A DNA stretch of 64,000 nucleotides. Origin: Thalia democratica (Eukaryota). The notes beneath the pieces are model-generated. The model was not told where the DNA came from, ran no database searches, and saw only the letters and a list, made by a program, of their open reading frames with translations. The DNA lies in contig OZ241832.1 in NCBI GenBank assembly GCA_965202585.1, forward strand, positions 48,918,001 to 48,982,000, read 5' to 3'. Position 1 is the first letter of the stretch. The number at the start of each line of letters is the position of its first letter. Position numbers and translations under genes: made by a program. Of the stretch, positions 24,014-39,058 are shown piece after piece.

Positions 24014-26439
24014 CTATTATGAGTACCAAAATATAAATAAACATTGATACTATTATTACCAAATTTATAGGCTCATCTAGTAATAGATAAGCCGAATTCG
24101 GAGCTGACCATCAAGGGTTAGGAAATTGTCTAGTCTTAATTAGGGAAAGTCAATCTAAAATTGCAAATTTCGCATATGCAACCCTTTTTATGGGTTTTTA
24201 TGATTTATTTTGTATTACTCATTAAAATACTTAACTTAAATAAATTTTATAGATATGTAACAGTGATAGTATTTATCAAAAACAAAAAGATAAGAAAATT
24301 TTAATTTCATTTTGTATAGATCAAAACTTTATACAGGTTTGTTATTTCAATATTATTTGATTAATAACCTAAATTTGATGAAATTTAGTTATTTGTAAAA
24401 TTTAAACTATTTTTGTGTTATTTATGAATCCAAAAATGACAAAAAACATTAACGTTTATTAAACTTTTGTATCTTAACTTTAATTTATTAACACTATGTT
24501 TTTTAATCAGTAGTAACTAAAAGTTATTAAGAGAATAAAAAAGTGTCTTAGAGTTAAAGATTAATAATATTTATCTAATTTTAATTGAAAGTATTTCAAT
24601 AGCATATATAAAAAGTAGTTGTAGCTTGAGAGTTGAGACAAATGATTCAAATGTTTACTTGCTATATACAAATTAAAAAAAAACTCATTTTTTATTTTTA
24701 AACCTTATAAATCTTATTGTTTAAAACAACAGTTTATAAAAAATCAGAACATTTTTATAATAAAATTGTTAAATTTTGTATCAATGTCCTTCAAAACCTG
24801 TTTAAAAGTTGTATGGTAAAGTTTTTAATGTGTAAAAATACGAACAAAAACTTACTTGTTTCTGAACACAAATTTCAAAATAAAGCAAAGTTATTACTGT
24901 TAATAAAAAGTACTTTATAAACTTTATTTGGTTTTATTCCGTCTGTGTTTGAAAAGTTTTTAGATTTAATATTACATAAAAGTTAAAATTAGCTAAATTA
25001 ACATTATTCTAAAAGTAAAATCAAAATTAATTCAAGATATGGTTTGTTATTTTCATTTGATAGTTGATATATGATTTTGTTAACTATTGAAGAAATAAAA
25101 GACAGTTACGTTTAATAAGTGTTTTTATTAATTATTTCAAATAAACTTTTACAATTATACTTTTCAAATTTGTTCCAACTAATCTTTTTATATTCATACC
25201 TCATATAATTTTATGCATACAGATTTTAAAGATCTGACCACTTTGTTTTGATAAGCCCTAGCTTAATTAATTTCTAATTTACGGCGCTAACATGTTGTTT
25301 AATCATTTGTGAATTATAGAATAGTTACAATAAATAAAGATGAGATTTATAAAAGTTTTTTTTTTGTAAAATTACCACTTTCTACTTGTTTTTTGTGCTA
25401 TTTGATAGAACTTGAGTTAAGGTTTTCAAACTTGATGTTTATAAAAAAATTCACTACAGTCTCGATGAAATTCAAAATTGAAAAATTATATTTTACCGAA
25501 TTGTTTTGTCATTAATTTTTGTCTTCTATAAGTTTAGTTTAGCCCTGTTTAGTTTATTTTTTGCAATTTAATTTAAATATATAAATTTGTTTAAAATAAT
25601 CTGATTGCAGTTTTAATAATTTTTGATGCTTTGGAGATGTATTTTCACAAACTTATGATTGTTACAATTACTCATATTGTACATATCAATATTTAAATTT
25701 TGTTTACGATCGCATAGTTTGTATTTTTAGAATATTTAAAAAGAAAAAATTAAAGCTTGTTAATGAAATTTGATTTCTTCTATTTTCTATCCTATACAGT
25801 AACAGTAGTAACAGTATGTTGTGATAACTATAATAAAACATTTGTTGTATTTTTATTTCTTCTACAAACAAGTACCTTTTTACCATATTTGATGCAAACA
25901 AAATTTTGTTTAATCTTGCACTTCTAGATGCCGTGGTACTTTTCTTTAAGATTAGAAGTTGGCAACAGAATTATTTGGCCTGATATACATTTTAATGGCT
26001 AAAAATTTCTTGTGGAATTAAAATAAAACACAGTTGAAAAAATAAGGTGTTTAAAATGTGTTCTTATTGTGACTTGTAGTTCACAGTTGTGTTTATTAAA
26101 TGATTATTTCATTGCTATTTTGATTTTAAAACGTATTTTTTTTAATACTTGTAATTCTAATTCTCAAAATTACAGGGCTTGCAAATTTTTAATAAGTTTA
26201 TGAACCGATAGATTTAGAGTAAATTTATTTATAAGGACTCTGCTTAATATCAGATTCACAGTCTGATTTGGAATAATCAAAGTTTTGCCATCGAATAGCA
26301 AGTATGCTGTACACAATTCTAAATTGACTACAAGCATAAATGGTATACTAAATATTTAACTTTTGTAAACTTCTCTGTGTGACTAATAATTTAATTATTC
26401 TTACTTAATTATCTAACTTTACTTGAGTATGTTTTTTCT

Positions 26440-27000
26440 TTTTACTTTACAAAGCACCACTGAACCACAGACAAGCTAACTGATTCGAGACTTGATCAAA
26501 ATATAAATCAAAAGCTTTCTCTCTTACCAACAATACACAACTTTGATTTATAGACATTTATTCAAAAACACTCATCGATCGGAAATTGATTTTTTGACTA
26601 CTTGGTGTGTAGCGTAAGCAATGTTTTCTTTTTGCTTGTCAAAATCAGAATATTCGAGTTACGAATTTCGCAAGAAACGAAAACATAATAAATAAAAGAC
26701 ACACACAAGGAAAATATGCCGTGCGCCCAGACAGTTTATAAATCAAAAAGCGAATTTATGCGCATCCACCTGTACTAAACACCAGTACCTTTGCTTTTGA
26801 TGAATTAAAAACAGCAAAGGTTCTTCGAGTTATAATGAAACACCGGAGAATAGTTAATGATCAGCATTCATTATGCTGCTGCGTATTAAACACGAAACAA
26901 CTTTTCAATTCATAAGCTATTGACTATTATTAAAGCGCAGTTGATCAAAATCTCACGTTGACAGCTGTTGAACCCAAAAAATATTTAAAATACAGTTGTT
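26440..27000. promoter_or_regulatory. Putative distal enhancer with three TTTGATTTATA (Pbx-Hox-like TGATTTAT) sites and a TGACAGCT site
   Basis: TGATTTAT cores at 26503-26510 (-), 26544-26551 (+) and 26738-26745 (-); TGACAGCT at 26959-26966; CpG-enriched. Confidence 0.45.
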
Positions 27001-30000
27001 TAGTATTTTTTGTCATTTATTAAGCAGTTTCTTGTTTTTTATTTTAGATATACATTTATTGCTATTAAAAGTGTTTTATAACTTGTCAAACATGAAATTT
27101 TATTTCACTTACGATCAATTATTTCTTTAATTAAATATTTGTTTTAGCGATTAATTTTTATATAAGTATTATTGTGTAAAAGGTTTTAAATGTTTCAAAA
27201 TTTTATTATTTTTCAATAACTTTTTTTCAAGCTATGATTATTTCTCTTTCGCAGAAGTTTTATAAATGTTTTTCACATTAACGAATTTTTATTGTTTTTG
27301 CGTGTCAAAGCTTTTTAATTCTAAAAAAAATTCACTTTGGAAATATGCTTAAAAAAGTAAATTCGACATACTAAATGGTTTTAAAATTTAATTAAACTAT
27401 ATTGAAATTTTTATTGTTCAATTACAGCATGCCCGGCACAAATTTATCGAGCGGATAAAAAAATGCTAGACCAAACTTATCTTGCTATTTTCGTAAAAGC
27501 TATTTATACAAGCAAGTTATTGTTTTTCGTAGTAAAATGAACTATTTTTGATATGATTTTAAGTCAAAAAAACTTTTATTTGAGTTTCATAGCAGTTCTT
27601 TAAATTTCCGACTTTCGCTTTTATAGTTAACACAGAACTACATTTTACGTATTTGAATATTTAACACTAATTTTTATATAGAAGTTATAAAAAGCAAATA
27701 ATATCAGTTTGAGGTTTTAAGACTTCAAATCCTGTAAATTCCAGACAAGCGAATCCCGTCGGATAGGTAAAACAACTTGATTCTTTGTAAACTTTGTTTA
27801 CTATCCTTTCTTCTTCTAAGTAGGACTGGTCAGTTTAACTATATTTTTGAAAAATGAAGTTAGTACTAGAAACGTTCCTAAATAAATAAGATAACGTTTT
27901 ATGAATTTACTTACAAAGAATTAGTTTAAGTCTCCATGCTCTAATTAATAAATACTTGTTAGTCAACTAAAATATATTTAGCGATAAAGTAGTATTAAAA
28001 CTAGAAGTTTAAAATAAAGAAATTCAACCAGACTAAAGAGCTAAAACCTGTAATTTCAACTTTGAACAGTATGCTAGCTGATAGAACTTAATACTATAAT
28101 TGCTACAATACTTTCGTCACGACAATGAATGAGGCTTAGATAAATAGTATTACATTAGGTCAATTTTTAACAGCAATTTTTTTAATACGCACATCAGATT
28201 ATGTTTTGAATATTATCAAAGCAAGTTACAATTGTAGACTTGTAAAACTGTTCAGACTTTATAAACTAAGTTATTGCCTACAATACACAGGATTCATACG
28301 CGTCAAGCCAAATCAGTTTTTTTGAAAATATTGACAAATTTTTTTGTCAGTTCAAATGTTTAAGAGTTTTTGAGATTCTAAAGAAAATATGAGAATCATT
28401 TAGTTTATTGAAAAAATAAAATAAATTTTGAATTTCTTTCTTAATAAGTTTTCGGTTTTTGTAGCCAAGCAATTTGTGAGCTAACATTCTGAAAGTAGAA
28501 TTTTAAATAAGTCTGAAGCGATTACATAACAGCAAAAGATTAGTCAACTCAAATGTTTATAAAATTTTCCAGGGCCATATCTAATAAGATAACTTCAAAA
28601 AAAAAAGTACTAAAAGGTCCAATTATTAATAGGCAAGGCCATTACAACCAAACTGGTAAGTTAAATAGTTTCATCTGGTTATAAGTCTAATTAGGCACCA
28701 ACAAGCAAGGGTGAAAAAATTTCAGTCTAAAATTGATAAATTTAACGTTCAAACCCTCAAAAAAGTTTTTTTTTAAGCATATTTTTTCGCATGCAGTATA
28801 TCAATTAAATTAGTAAACGTTTATAAAATGTGCACTTACTATTTTATACAGAAAGTATATTATTGATACTATTTCACTCAAACATGTTATTACATAAAAA
28901 ACTAGTTAATAGTTATATTGAGGGTTTAAAGTCATAAAGTAAATTGTTTTCCATTGTTATAAAATTTAGTTCCGTGTTAGTTTTTAGAAAATAAAAATAG
29001 ATTAAAAGTTTTTATTAGAACTACATACCATTTCTTTAAAAGTACTTTATTAAATTTATCAACATTGGTTATATTTATTTCTAAATTTTATAACGCATTT
29101 ACTGAAAAGTAATTTATTCTGTTATTGTTTGTTGTTGTAAAAACAAACATTTTATGAATTAATATTTTATTATTAAATAAAATGAAAGTTGTATCTGTGA
29201 ATATGATTTTCAAATATCTGTTTTCTTTTATATCCTTAGTATATAGTTTGATTGAATTGGTAAAGAGTTTAATAGTTTAAATTGCATTTAAAAAACAAAT
29301 ATTTCAATTGCCAAGCGGACAAAAGTCTTATCTATTAATGTTATACTTGTCAAAGCGGGCTTCAGTGTTTTAAATATTAAATATCATATAAGCTATCAGG
29401 TCATTTGAAATCTATCACGGAGTTTTTGTCTTTTCGCCAAAACTTCTGATAATATTCAAAGAAAACTATTGCCAGCTATTAGTTATTTTGTTTCTTTTAA
29501 AAATACTTGAATTTCACGTATCATGTTGCTTAATATATGGAAAATTTAAACTACATCCTGAATGTATATCAATAAAAACGAGATGTATTTATATCTTTGT
29601 ACTTTGAAAACATTATATTTTATCGAAACAGTTATATATTTTTACAATTTTTATTGAGAGAAGTTTGAAATTGATATATTACTTACAAACATAATTAAAC
29701 AAGATGCTCTTTGTTAAGTTATTATATTTTATTTACTGTTTTGTGGCTAAACTTGTTATCAGTGTAGTAATCAATAAGTTAAAAAAAATATTTAGTCCGG
29801 TTCATATAACTTTTTTTAAAGCAAAATTCTATAACTGGTTCATATAAATTATTAAATATTTTATTTTACTAGACCTTATTAAAGTTTTGTTTATTTGTGA
29901 CTTACCAATAACACTTTTAACTTTCAAAACACTACTAATGACTTGTATTGTATTTTTATAACTTTCAAATGTTTCTAATGTGTTTCAAAATTTTGAAACC

Positions 30001-33000
30001 TCGGTAGAATGTGTTATAGTGATAATTTTGTTAAACTGTTGTTAAAATTTTTTGTACAACTTTCATGAAAAAGTCTATTTAGGATGGATATATTTTTTTA
30101 AAACTTTAATAACATAACTCGGTGAACTAAAATTAACCCTTTCACAGCAAAAAAAAGTTATTATAAACACAGCTATTAAAAGAGTTTGTGTTTTTTGCTG
30201 AGAGCCAATCATTTATACTAAAACATCAAATCAACAGTGCGTAAACTGAAAGTTGTCAATTGTGATTGAAAAGTTTAATTTTCATGCGACCTTTTGAGTG
30301 GTGGAAAATCTTTTCAAATTGGGTGGCCTTCCTCTAACAATGGAGCACAATAGCAGTAAAGGACAAGTGTTATAAATCTCATTTTAGCTGTAAAAGATTT
30401 AAATAAAGTGCAGACAAAAGTTATCTCAAAGACATTTTATTGTTAAGAATTTATTTAAAGTTAATATTGGTAATACTTCGAATTGTTTATAATGCAAAAG
30501 TAAATCGTTCGTTCATCTTTTAAGTAAATAAAAGTGTGCCAATCATGAAAATAACTTACTTAAAGGTAACATAAAATATATCAACAAGTTTTCGAAGTTT
30601 GAAACGAAAATATGTCTTATTTTGTTGTCTGTCACTATTTACTGTCGAAGCTTTTATTTTGTTACATTTCTGTCTATTTAAAAAAAATTCATCAAAATCA
30701 TAGCATTTACTAATACTTTGAAAATTTGAACGTTAAAACAAAAAAAAAGTTAACTAACATTTTTTACTTGATTGTAATTTACTCAAGAAAATGCAGCATA
30801 GTTTAGCGGAAACAAAATTTACTTAACAAAAACGTAGCAAAAAAATTCAAAAAAGCGTTGGTTCATCTTTAATTCATTTCACACAAACTAATCCTATAAA
30901 CAAAATGTATTTGAACAAAAAGATTAGTAATGGTGCAAATGAAGTTTTGCTTTTTTGTAAAGAACCTGAGCTTCGTGTTTATAGTGTTAAACATGAAATT
31001 AATTAGATTAAAAAGGTTCAACTAATTTCTTTCTTTTTACAACTTTCCATATGTTTGTTTTTAATCAGTTAGTATGCTTTACTTTCATGTGACATAGAGT
31101 CATTGTTTTTTTTTTACTTTTAATTTTATTTCTTAATATTTTTTTTTGGATAAAACTAATTAAAGATAAAACAGTAAAAACTGGTTAACGATTGTTCAAG
31201 ATTTAAATTTAGAAAATAAATTATTATTTAAAAACTTTACTTTTTCACTTGAATTTGTTTCTCAAGATAGTTTGGTATTAAAAATTAATATTAAATTCAC
31301 CGTAAAACAACTCGCTTTTGTCTTTAAATAAATTAGCTCTGCTTTATTTTTTAAATATCAGCTCTTTAAACCAAATTTAATTGTAAGCACTAAATGATAA
31401 CCACAAAAGGTAAATTCATACTTTAGTACTAGTTACTAAAAAAAAAAAAGTATGTTACTTCAATCTATAAGTTATATAAAACAGCTATACTGTTTTTTAT
31501 CTATAAATTACTAACAATATATATTTTTTTAAAGATAAGTTTTACATTACACTATTTAAAAAAAGCATCTATTAAAATATTACTTGATATTCTTAAATAT
31601 TTAGACATTAAAATTAGATAGACCTTTTTTTTAATTAAGAAAAAATACACAGTTGTAATTGTATATCACATAATTTATTTTAATAAAACAAAATTTTACA
31701 TATAATAGATGCTTTGTATGACTTTTATTTTATATAAAATGATGGTTTTAAAGTGCTGAAATACTTGTATTTAAAATAAGAAATCAATTTTACTTCTAAA
31801 TGTTTAATTTTAAATGATGGTTAATTGAATTTTAACTTTGAGACTTTGCTTAATTATAATTCAAATGCTGTTTGTTTCAGCTAAAAATGCTACAAAAAAA
31901 TCACCTGAAAAGTTGTGTAGGCTGTGAACTTTTAACCTTTTTTGTTTTATAAGTTTAGCTAATTGTCAAGTAAATTAAAAAATGTAGTATATCTTGTATA
32001 CATAGAAATGGTAGTACAGTTGTAGTTCTACTATTTATACACAGTTTTAAAGTGACAACAAGTGTTAAAAATGAGATTTTAAGTAATAAGGTTTTTTTGA
32101 AAAAAAAAATCTTATAATGACTTAATAACTTTTAAAGTAGTATATACTATAAAACAAAAGTATCTGTAATTTCTTAATTTTTGAAACTACATAGTAATTA
32201 ATTGAAAGCAATACAATTTAATCATTTAAAATATATACTCAAAACACTGTTTACCTATAAGAAGACCGGTTTTAAGCCAGTCTTTCTCATTAAATATTAA
32301 CTTCATATTTTAAGTGAAAATGTATAAAATTAGCTATTATATTAAAAATTTTTCCTCAAACAAAATATTGTGCTGTATAAACTACTATAAATATCTATAA
32401 CTTTAAAATTCAAGAGAATTGTTGTCATCAAATAGATAAAAATAGTCTAATCCTCTTTTTTTTGTGAATATTTTTATTTTAAAACCAATTAAATTTATTA
32501 TAAAAATATGAAATAAAACCTGTTTTTTATTACCAGCATTTATTTTTCCAAATAAAAAAAAAGATAGAAATTATGTTGTATTCAATCAATATATAATATT
32601 TATATTTATTTTGATTTTTTTTTGACGTTTGTGCTACTTTATCATCAAAAAAATAGTGATTTTGTAAAATAAGATATATTTGTACATTTTGAATTAAAAT
32701 AAGAAAACATAGTTTGAAAGTTTTAACAACCTAGGTTTTTTTTTTATTATAAATATTACAACATTTTTAAACATGATGTTAAATGTAATGTAAAGTATAA
32801 CAAAGTTAACTTTAAGTATTATCATTAAAATACAATTATTCAATGTGAAATGAATTAAGTTTGTAATTATTTTATTAAACTATACAAACTAAATATTTTT
32901 AATAAAGTATTTGAGTTTGTCTTGTAAAAGTTGTTTGTTATTAATTATTCCTATATGAAAACAATTCAATTTTTTTTCGTGAGATAATTCGTGTTTTCAA

Positions 33001-36000
33001 CATGACATGTAAATGAACAGATAAGATTTGAACTGAGCATTAGCATCAAATTCAAAGGCAAGAGAGATGACGACTTGGAATTTTGTATTTTTTGACAACG
33101 TTCTGGCGTGTGCTCATGTAATTTTTGTCTGTTTAATTAATCTCAAACATTGTCAACTCTCTGACTAGAGCTTTGTTCCTTTTTGCAATGATTTGTTGTT
33201 CACCCAAAAACTTTCATGCACAACGGAGTTTGGCATAATTAACTATTCAAAGTTGCGTTGTTGTTATAAACCAGTTAGAATGTTGTTCATCAGTACTAAT
33301 GAATGCTAGAAAAAACATTGTAATTTAGTTTGATAATTGTGTATTACTAATTGTTCAGAACTCAACTTTACACTTTATGCTTATTTTTTTACTTAAAAAT
33401 AAAAATACATTTCTTATTGTTAAGTCTGACAAAAGTTTAGTATCTAGTCTTAATTGAGCAGCAAGTGTTCATGCAAACAAAACCAAATGGCAAGTTTGAA
33501 AACGAATTACACTTTAACAAAACGAAATCTCGGTAATTTACTCGACTGCAAAACGATTACATAGTTGCGCTCCTGAACAAACTTGAATTTGTGCGTTTTT
33601 GCACAGCATTTTTGGGGGGCGAATTGAATATCAATTCGTGCACATTAGAAGTTCACATGCGCGCATACATAATGACAGTGATTTTGTCAACAAGTGTTTG
33701 TTTGAAGCGTGTGGGCTGCAGGTGTAGCAACGATGGTAATGTGATTTTAATGGACCACCTCGGCACAGACGCGGGGTTATCCATCTTAAATTTTGACTAC
33801 CACCCAGCCAGTATCACTTTACAATTTTCGAATTTTCCTGGAAGTTCCTTTCGGGCTTGTTATTATTTTTTTTTGCAATAGTAGAAACAAACGTTAAGTG
33901 TGTTTGTGTAAAGGTAGCAATAAATTTTTATAACATATAAACGGTAACTTGAGTAATGACAGATATGTTGTAGAGAGTCTGAATTTAATTAAGCTTACTC
34001 AAAAGTATACATTTTTCGAAGTTTGTTTTCAATTTTTTTTTAATGCGATTTAAAATAAAAGTCAGTGATGTAATAAATTATCATAATTTATATGTTTGCT
34101 TAATAAATTTTGCACCATACATCAAGCTTAGATCAAAAATGAGATCTGGGCATGATTCAGTAGATAATTAGATGAGTAAAGTTTCACCAATGTTGTTTAT
34201 TAGTTGATGTATTTGCTCATCAATCATTTTCTTCATGTTTTGCTTAAATAATACATCTTTCTAAACAACACCTGCACTGGCTGTCACAGTTGTTTTGGAC
34301 ACGTTTGTTTTTGTATATATACTATTTTTTGCTTGCCAGTTTTAGAGTAATTAAGACTCAATGATTAGTCTTTAAAATTCATTAACTTAGCAAAAAAAGG
34401 TTTTTTTATTATGTAAGTAGTTTTAAAAAATCACAGAAATAATATTCATTAAAACATATTTAAAAAATACTATTGTTCTTAAATAAATTAACGTGCTTAG
34501 CTTAGGAGAACAAGCATAAAAAGTTTCTTACTATTAAAAATTTATATAACTGTGAGTTTTTGATTATGATTATGTAAATTATGTACTTTTTAAAAGCATT
34601 TCTACTTACCCAATTATTCAAAACTGTAATTTTGTTTGATTATGTAAGTTAAAGGTTCATTAAGTTATTTTGAAAGTTATATAAATGTTAAAACACGTAT
34701 ACAAAAACAAATTAAAACAATTTTTCACAGATTTTTAAATGGTTCTTTGATTATTTGTTTCTTTTTTAGTCTTAACTACCGTAAATTTTAGTTACATTTT
34801 GTGTTTTATTCAAAATTTATCTAAAAAATCTAAGTAAAGTTTTGTTAGAGAGTACAGTCTTGTTTGACTTTTTTACTAAAGTACAACGATGTAAAATTTA
34901 ACTGATTAATAACTCTTTTGTACTATCAAGTTATGTTAATCATATCAACATAAAATATAGTTTTCGATAGTTCAAAACTAAAAACAGAAGATTTTTAATG
35001 AAAAATATGTTCAAGAAAATAAGCAAGCCTAAACTAAACTTAATGTTTAATTAGATATTTCAAATTTTTAACTGTACTTAAGAAATGCATAAGGATGATC
35101 CCACTTTTAAAACATTGTCCGCAATTAGCCATAAAAAAACACTTGCACTTAAATGTATGTATTGTATTAAAAATGACTTTTACTTAAGTATACATAAAAT
35201 TTTCATATCTATTTTAAAATTGAATGTATCAAAATCATCTAAAGTTTTTTATTTACCAATAAGTTATTTGTGAACACATAAAATAAATAATAATTTGATT
35301 GTGTAAAAACCTTTGAAAAACTCTTACAGACTACTTACCAACATTTTTTATCAAAAAATACGACTTTAAAATTCCAAACTAAAAGTTCTTGATGAATTAT
35401 GTGATTGGTAAGGTTTAACGTTTAAATAAAATTTTCAGTCTCCAGCGAATGAAATTTGCATAAGTCACGAATTAAACGAACATTTAACAATTAAGCTTCA
35501 AAACACTTAGAAATTAATCTTTGGCATGTGGTGTTATGTCAAACGCAGCAGAATTAGAGTTAAAAAACAAGATATTCAATAAAAATTGTATTCAATCAAG
35601 TCGCTGTTTGATGTACATTTTTTGAAACGCGCCTGTCCGATTGATTTATTGTTTTATGCTATATTGACGTTGATAAAATACAATTTGTTCAATTAGATAG
35701 ATTGTTAGTAAGATTTTTGTACATCTGCAGTTTTATCTGTCCATTTTTTTAAACTGGATCAGTAGTTATATAAATTATGATTTTATTGATGTTGTTGTAC
35801 ATTTATTAATTTTTATTGACTTGTTTGTTTTTACAAATCATTAGCAGTTTTTATAAACTTAAAAAAAGCTTTTTATTGTAAATTTAAAGACTAGTATAGT
35901 ACACTTTAAAAACTGTACAACAATGTATTGTATTTCTAGTTCACATATTTACAAACTTGTACAAGCCAAGCTCAGGTAATCGTTTTATGGTGCTCTTAAG

Positions 36001-36335
36001 TATAAATAAGTAATTTTTGTTAAAAAAACTTTAAGAGTATTGTGGTATAAATGATTGAAAGTATTGTTGATGTAATATAAAGGATAAATTTGACTTTTTT
36101 TTAGTTTACATATTGTCCTACTTTCTAATATTCGAGAACGTTGTGGTAAATAAAAATGCCTTACTAATATATTGAAACCTGCTGTTCATCTATTTAACAC
36201 AGGTTTACTTATAATCTCAGCTTAAGATTATAAGTAAAAGATATAAGCTTAAAATTTGTTTATAAATGGTAGCCATCCAAATAAAAAATGTATAAAACCT
36301 TTATTTTAAACTAAAATGCATCTCAAACATTTCAG

Positions 36336-36559
36336 TGATCGTGATTCAGCCTCTGTGGGTGACAACAAAAACAAACGCGTTGAGGAAAAGCACAAAAGTT
36401 TGCTCGACAACGAAAAACCCCGGTGGCCACTCAAAACAACCCTCGATCGCGACAAATTTCAAACTGCGAGTCGTGCACAGCCGAGAGATCAATGTCAGTC
36501 GAGCCGTCACGCGGCGACAAAAAGAAAAGGTGTCACTCACACGACGAGCATGAGCAGAA
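36336..36559 (+). CDS. tshz: Candidate upstream exon of tshz (coding or 5' UTR plus start codon)
   Basis: CpG-rich block with acceptor aaacatttcAG at 36334-35 and a consensus donor AA|GTAAGT at 36560. One frame is open throughout (DRDSASVGDNKNKRVEEKHKSLLDNEKPRW...TSMSR, phase 1 out). ATGs at 36492 and 36550. The link to tshz is inferred. Confidence 0.45.
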
Positions 36560-39058
36560 GTAAGTTAAAAACATATTGCGCTGCAGCTTAAAAAATTATG
36601 TCGCTTTAGCACTATAAAAACTCACTTTTTAATGGGATTACTCCCGTTTGACTAAACTATTTGAGTATTTGCTTCAAATCGAGAGGTAAACACAGGCGAT
36701 TACTGCGCGGAATATTTTAGTTCATGACTTGTTGTCTATATTTCGTTTAACTTAGACAGACCGAATCCACTTAGTTTTGCACAAAACGTCTTTTTAGTTC
36801 TTTTTCGGTTTCAATGAGTTCAATTCGGACAGTTTAAAGTTTGTTCGTGGCGTTTTAGTTAAATACCTTTACAATAAAGTTTAAACTACCCTTATTTCCT
36901 GAACTAAACTAAAATTTTTGAAAAGGAAACATTAAATTACTTCAAAAAAGGTTTATCAAGCTAAACACTGCTAATTTAAAAGTTTTATCATAATAAACTG
37001 TCATTGCACTAAGTAACTTCAGCTTTTAAAAACAAACAAAGTCATGAGCCCAAACATAAACACCTTGATAATTATTTGATATTTTAATTACTAAAGTATT
37101 TCTATTTTAATTGAAAGGTTAAAAAAGCAAAAATAAATATTCCATTTAACATAAAAGATTAACGCCAGTATTCCAGGCATTCAACCGACTCTCGATATAA
37201 AATTTTATTTAAACGTCAATAGGCGCATAATTCTCTACGGATGCACCGTTTGGATGTGTTTTAAATTACAGCAGTAAAATATTCTTTAGAAAATATATAG
37301 CAATGCGCGCTCGCAACACAGCAGCAGCGTAATTTATTTTGACAATGTTTGAATACTTTGACACTCTATATACATCAAAACACACAGTAAGCATTGGGAG
37401 GTTTTTAGAAACAAGAAGCGGCTCGCATGAAAATATTGTTTTTATTAAATATTGTAATTGTACGCGCGCGCGCTTTGAATGGTAAGCTTAATTTTAATCC
37501 TTATTTGCACCGATGTTTTCACCACAAAACCCTGTCTCCTGTTGCCTTTTCTGATACTCATACTTTCATGGGCGCACAGAAATGCCAGAGCGCAATAGAA
37601 ATTTTCATGATAAAGTATTGGCTTTGTGCCACGCAGATTGCATACATCTGTCAAGTACTGATCATTTTTGTTGAAACTCAATCACTCGACTGGCTTTTCA
37701 TTTAAAAGTGCAGCCTTATTCATAATGTACCTTTGAGAATTCACAGCAACAGCATAAATAACCGGGCAAACTCATGCGTTGCGTTTGAACGAACCTTTTC
37801 AAACTGCAGTAGTTTTAATGGCTCATTATAGTATATTCAAAATGTGTTAATTGTATAAGTTTTTATTAATTAAGCTCATTGAGTAATTTTTACGCTTGAA
37901 GCTGCTTCTCAAAACAAGGTTACCATAAAACCTGGAAAAACCTGGAGTTTAAAATTATTTTTACATGTAAAATGGTAGAATTTAGATTACATGTGAAAAG
38001 TGTTTTATATATAATTTTTTTTTTGTATTATTTAAAGTTTTTTTTTCATAATATACATAAAAAGTAGCATTACAATATTTTTTACTATTTAAGACAGTTT
38101 TTCACCTTAAAAATAATTTTATACAAAAAACTTGTACTTTCGAAAACCTGAAAGAAATACAGAAAACCAGTTTGAAATTTGTCAAATTTATAGATTTTGA
38201 CTGCTTTGTAAGTTCAGTATAATAAAAGTTTATTGTGAACGTTGTTTTTCGTAGTGATACAATTTAGCTTATTTAATGTAACGATTTAAAGTGATACTAG
38301 TTAAAGTACGTAAGGAAGTTTTATTACTTTATTTAGTTCAGTTTAGACTTGAAACATAAAAATTTTACGAATTGTACTAAATGCAATGTAAACAAAAAAA
38401 AGTAACTATTTTAAGTTTAATTTAGAATTTTGCACAATTACATCGTTTTTTTTTCATGTTTTGCATCATATTAACAAACTCAACTTTTGGTTTTGCTCTA
38501 TGTTTTTCTGTCTGCAACAGAAGAAGTGCTTAAAAATGCTTAAGTTTTTAAGTAAACCGAAGCACGAAAAAGACACGCACGGATTATTGTTATAAACTTT
38601 AACCTTAAATCCAATTTAGGCTAGCTTATGCCAAGGTGAAGTTTAAACAATTTTATCGAGTTCAACTTTGATTAGATACAACAATTATTATGAGTCTAAG
38701 TGAGTCTGCTGTTTTGATTACTTCATGTAACATCGAAGTCGCTCATTACATATTTGGCTGCCGTGATCCTAATAATCGTTTTTTTACTACATAACTTGCA
38801 ACTGCTGCGTCACTTTTAGTTTTTAGGTTTTCTAAATGCATTTTTTCTTGATTATAATCATTAAGTATAATTGTCCTAGGTTAAGTAAAAAATATTTTGT
38901 AACGGCTATATTTTTGACTTAATATTTTATTTATTTAGCAGTTTAAAAACACTTAAAATTAAGATTATGTTTGCATTTGTTATGTTTCAGAATAGTAATA
39001 AAATTTTGTACTTAATAATTTAATTTTTATAATGAACAAGTGTTATATATCCTTAGAC

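Noticed and set aside
28570-28720. cagggccatatctaa hAT-like left end
   Set aside because: No convincing right TIR or TSD.
30133-30143. TTAA-CCCTTTC piggyBac-like left end
   Set aside because: No matching right end with TTAA found nearby.
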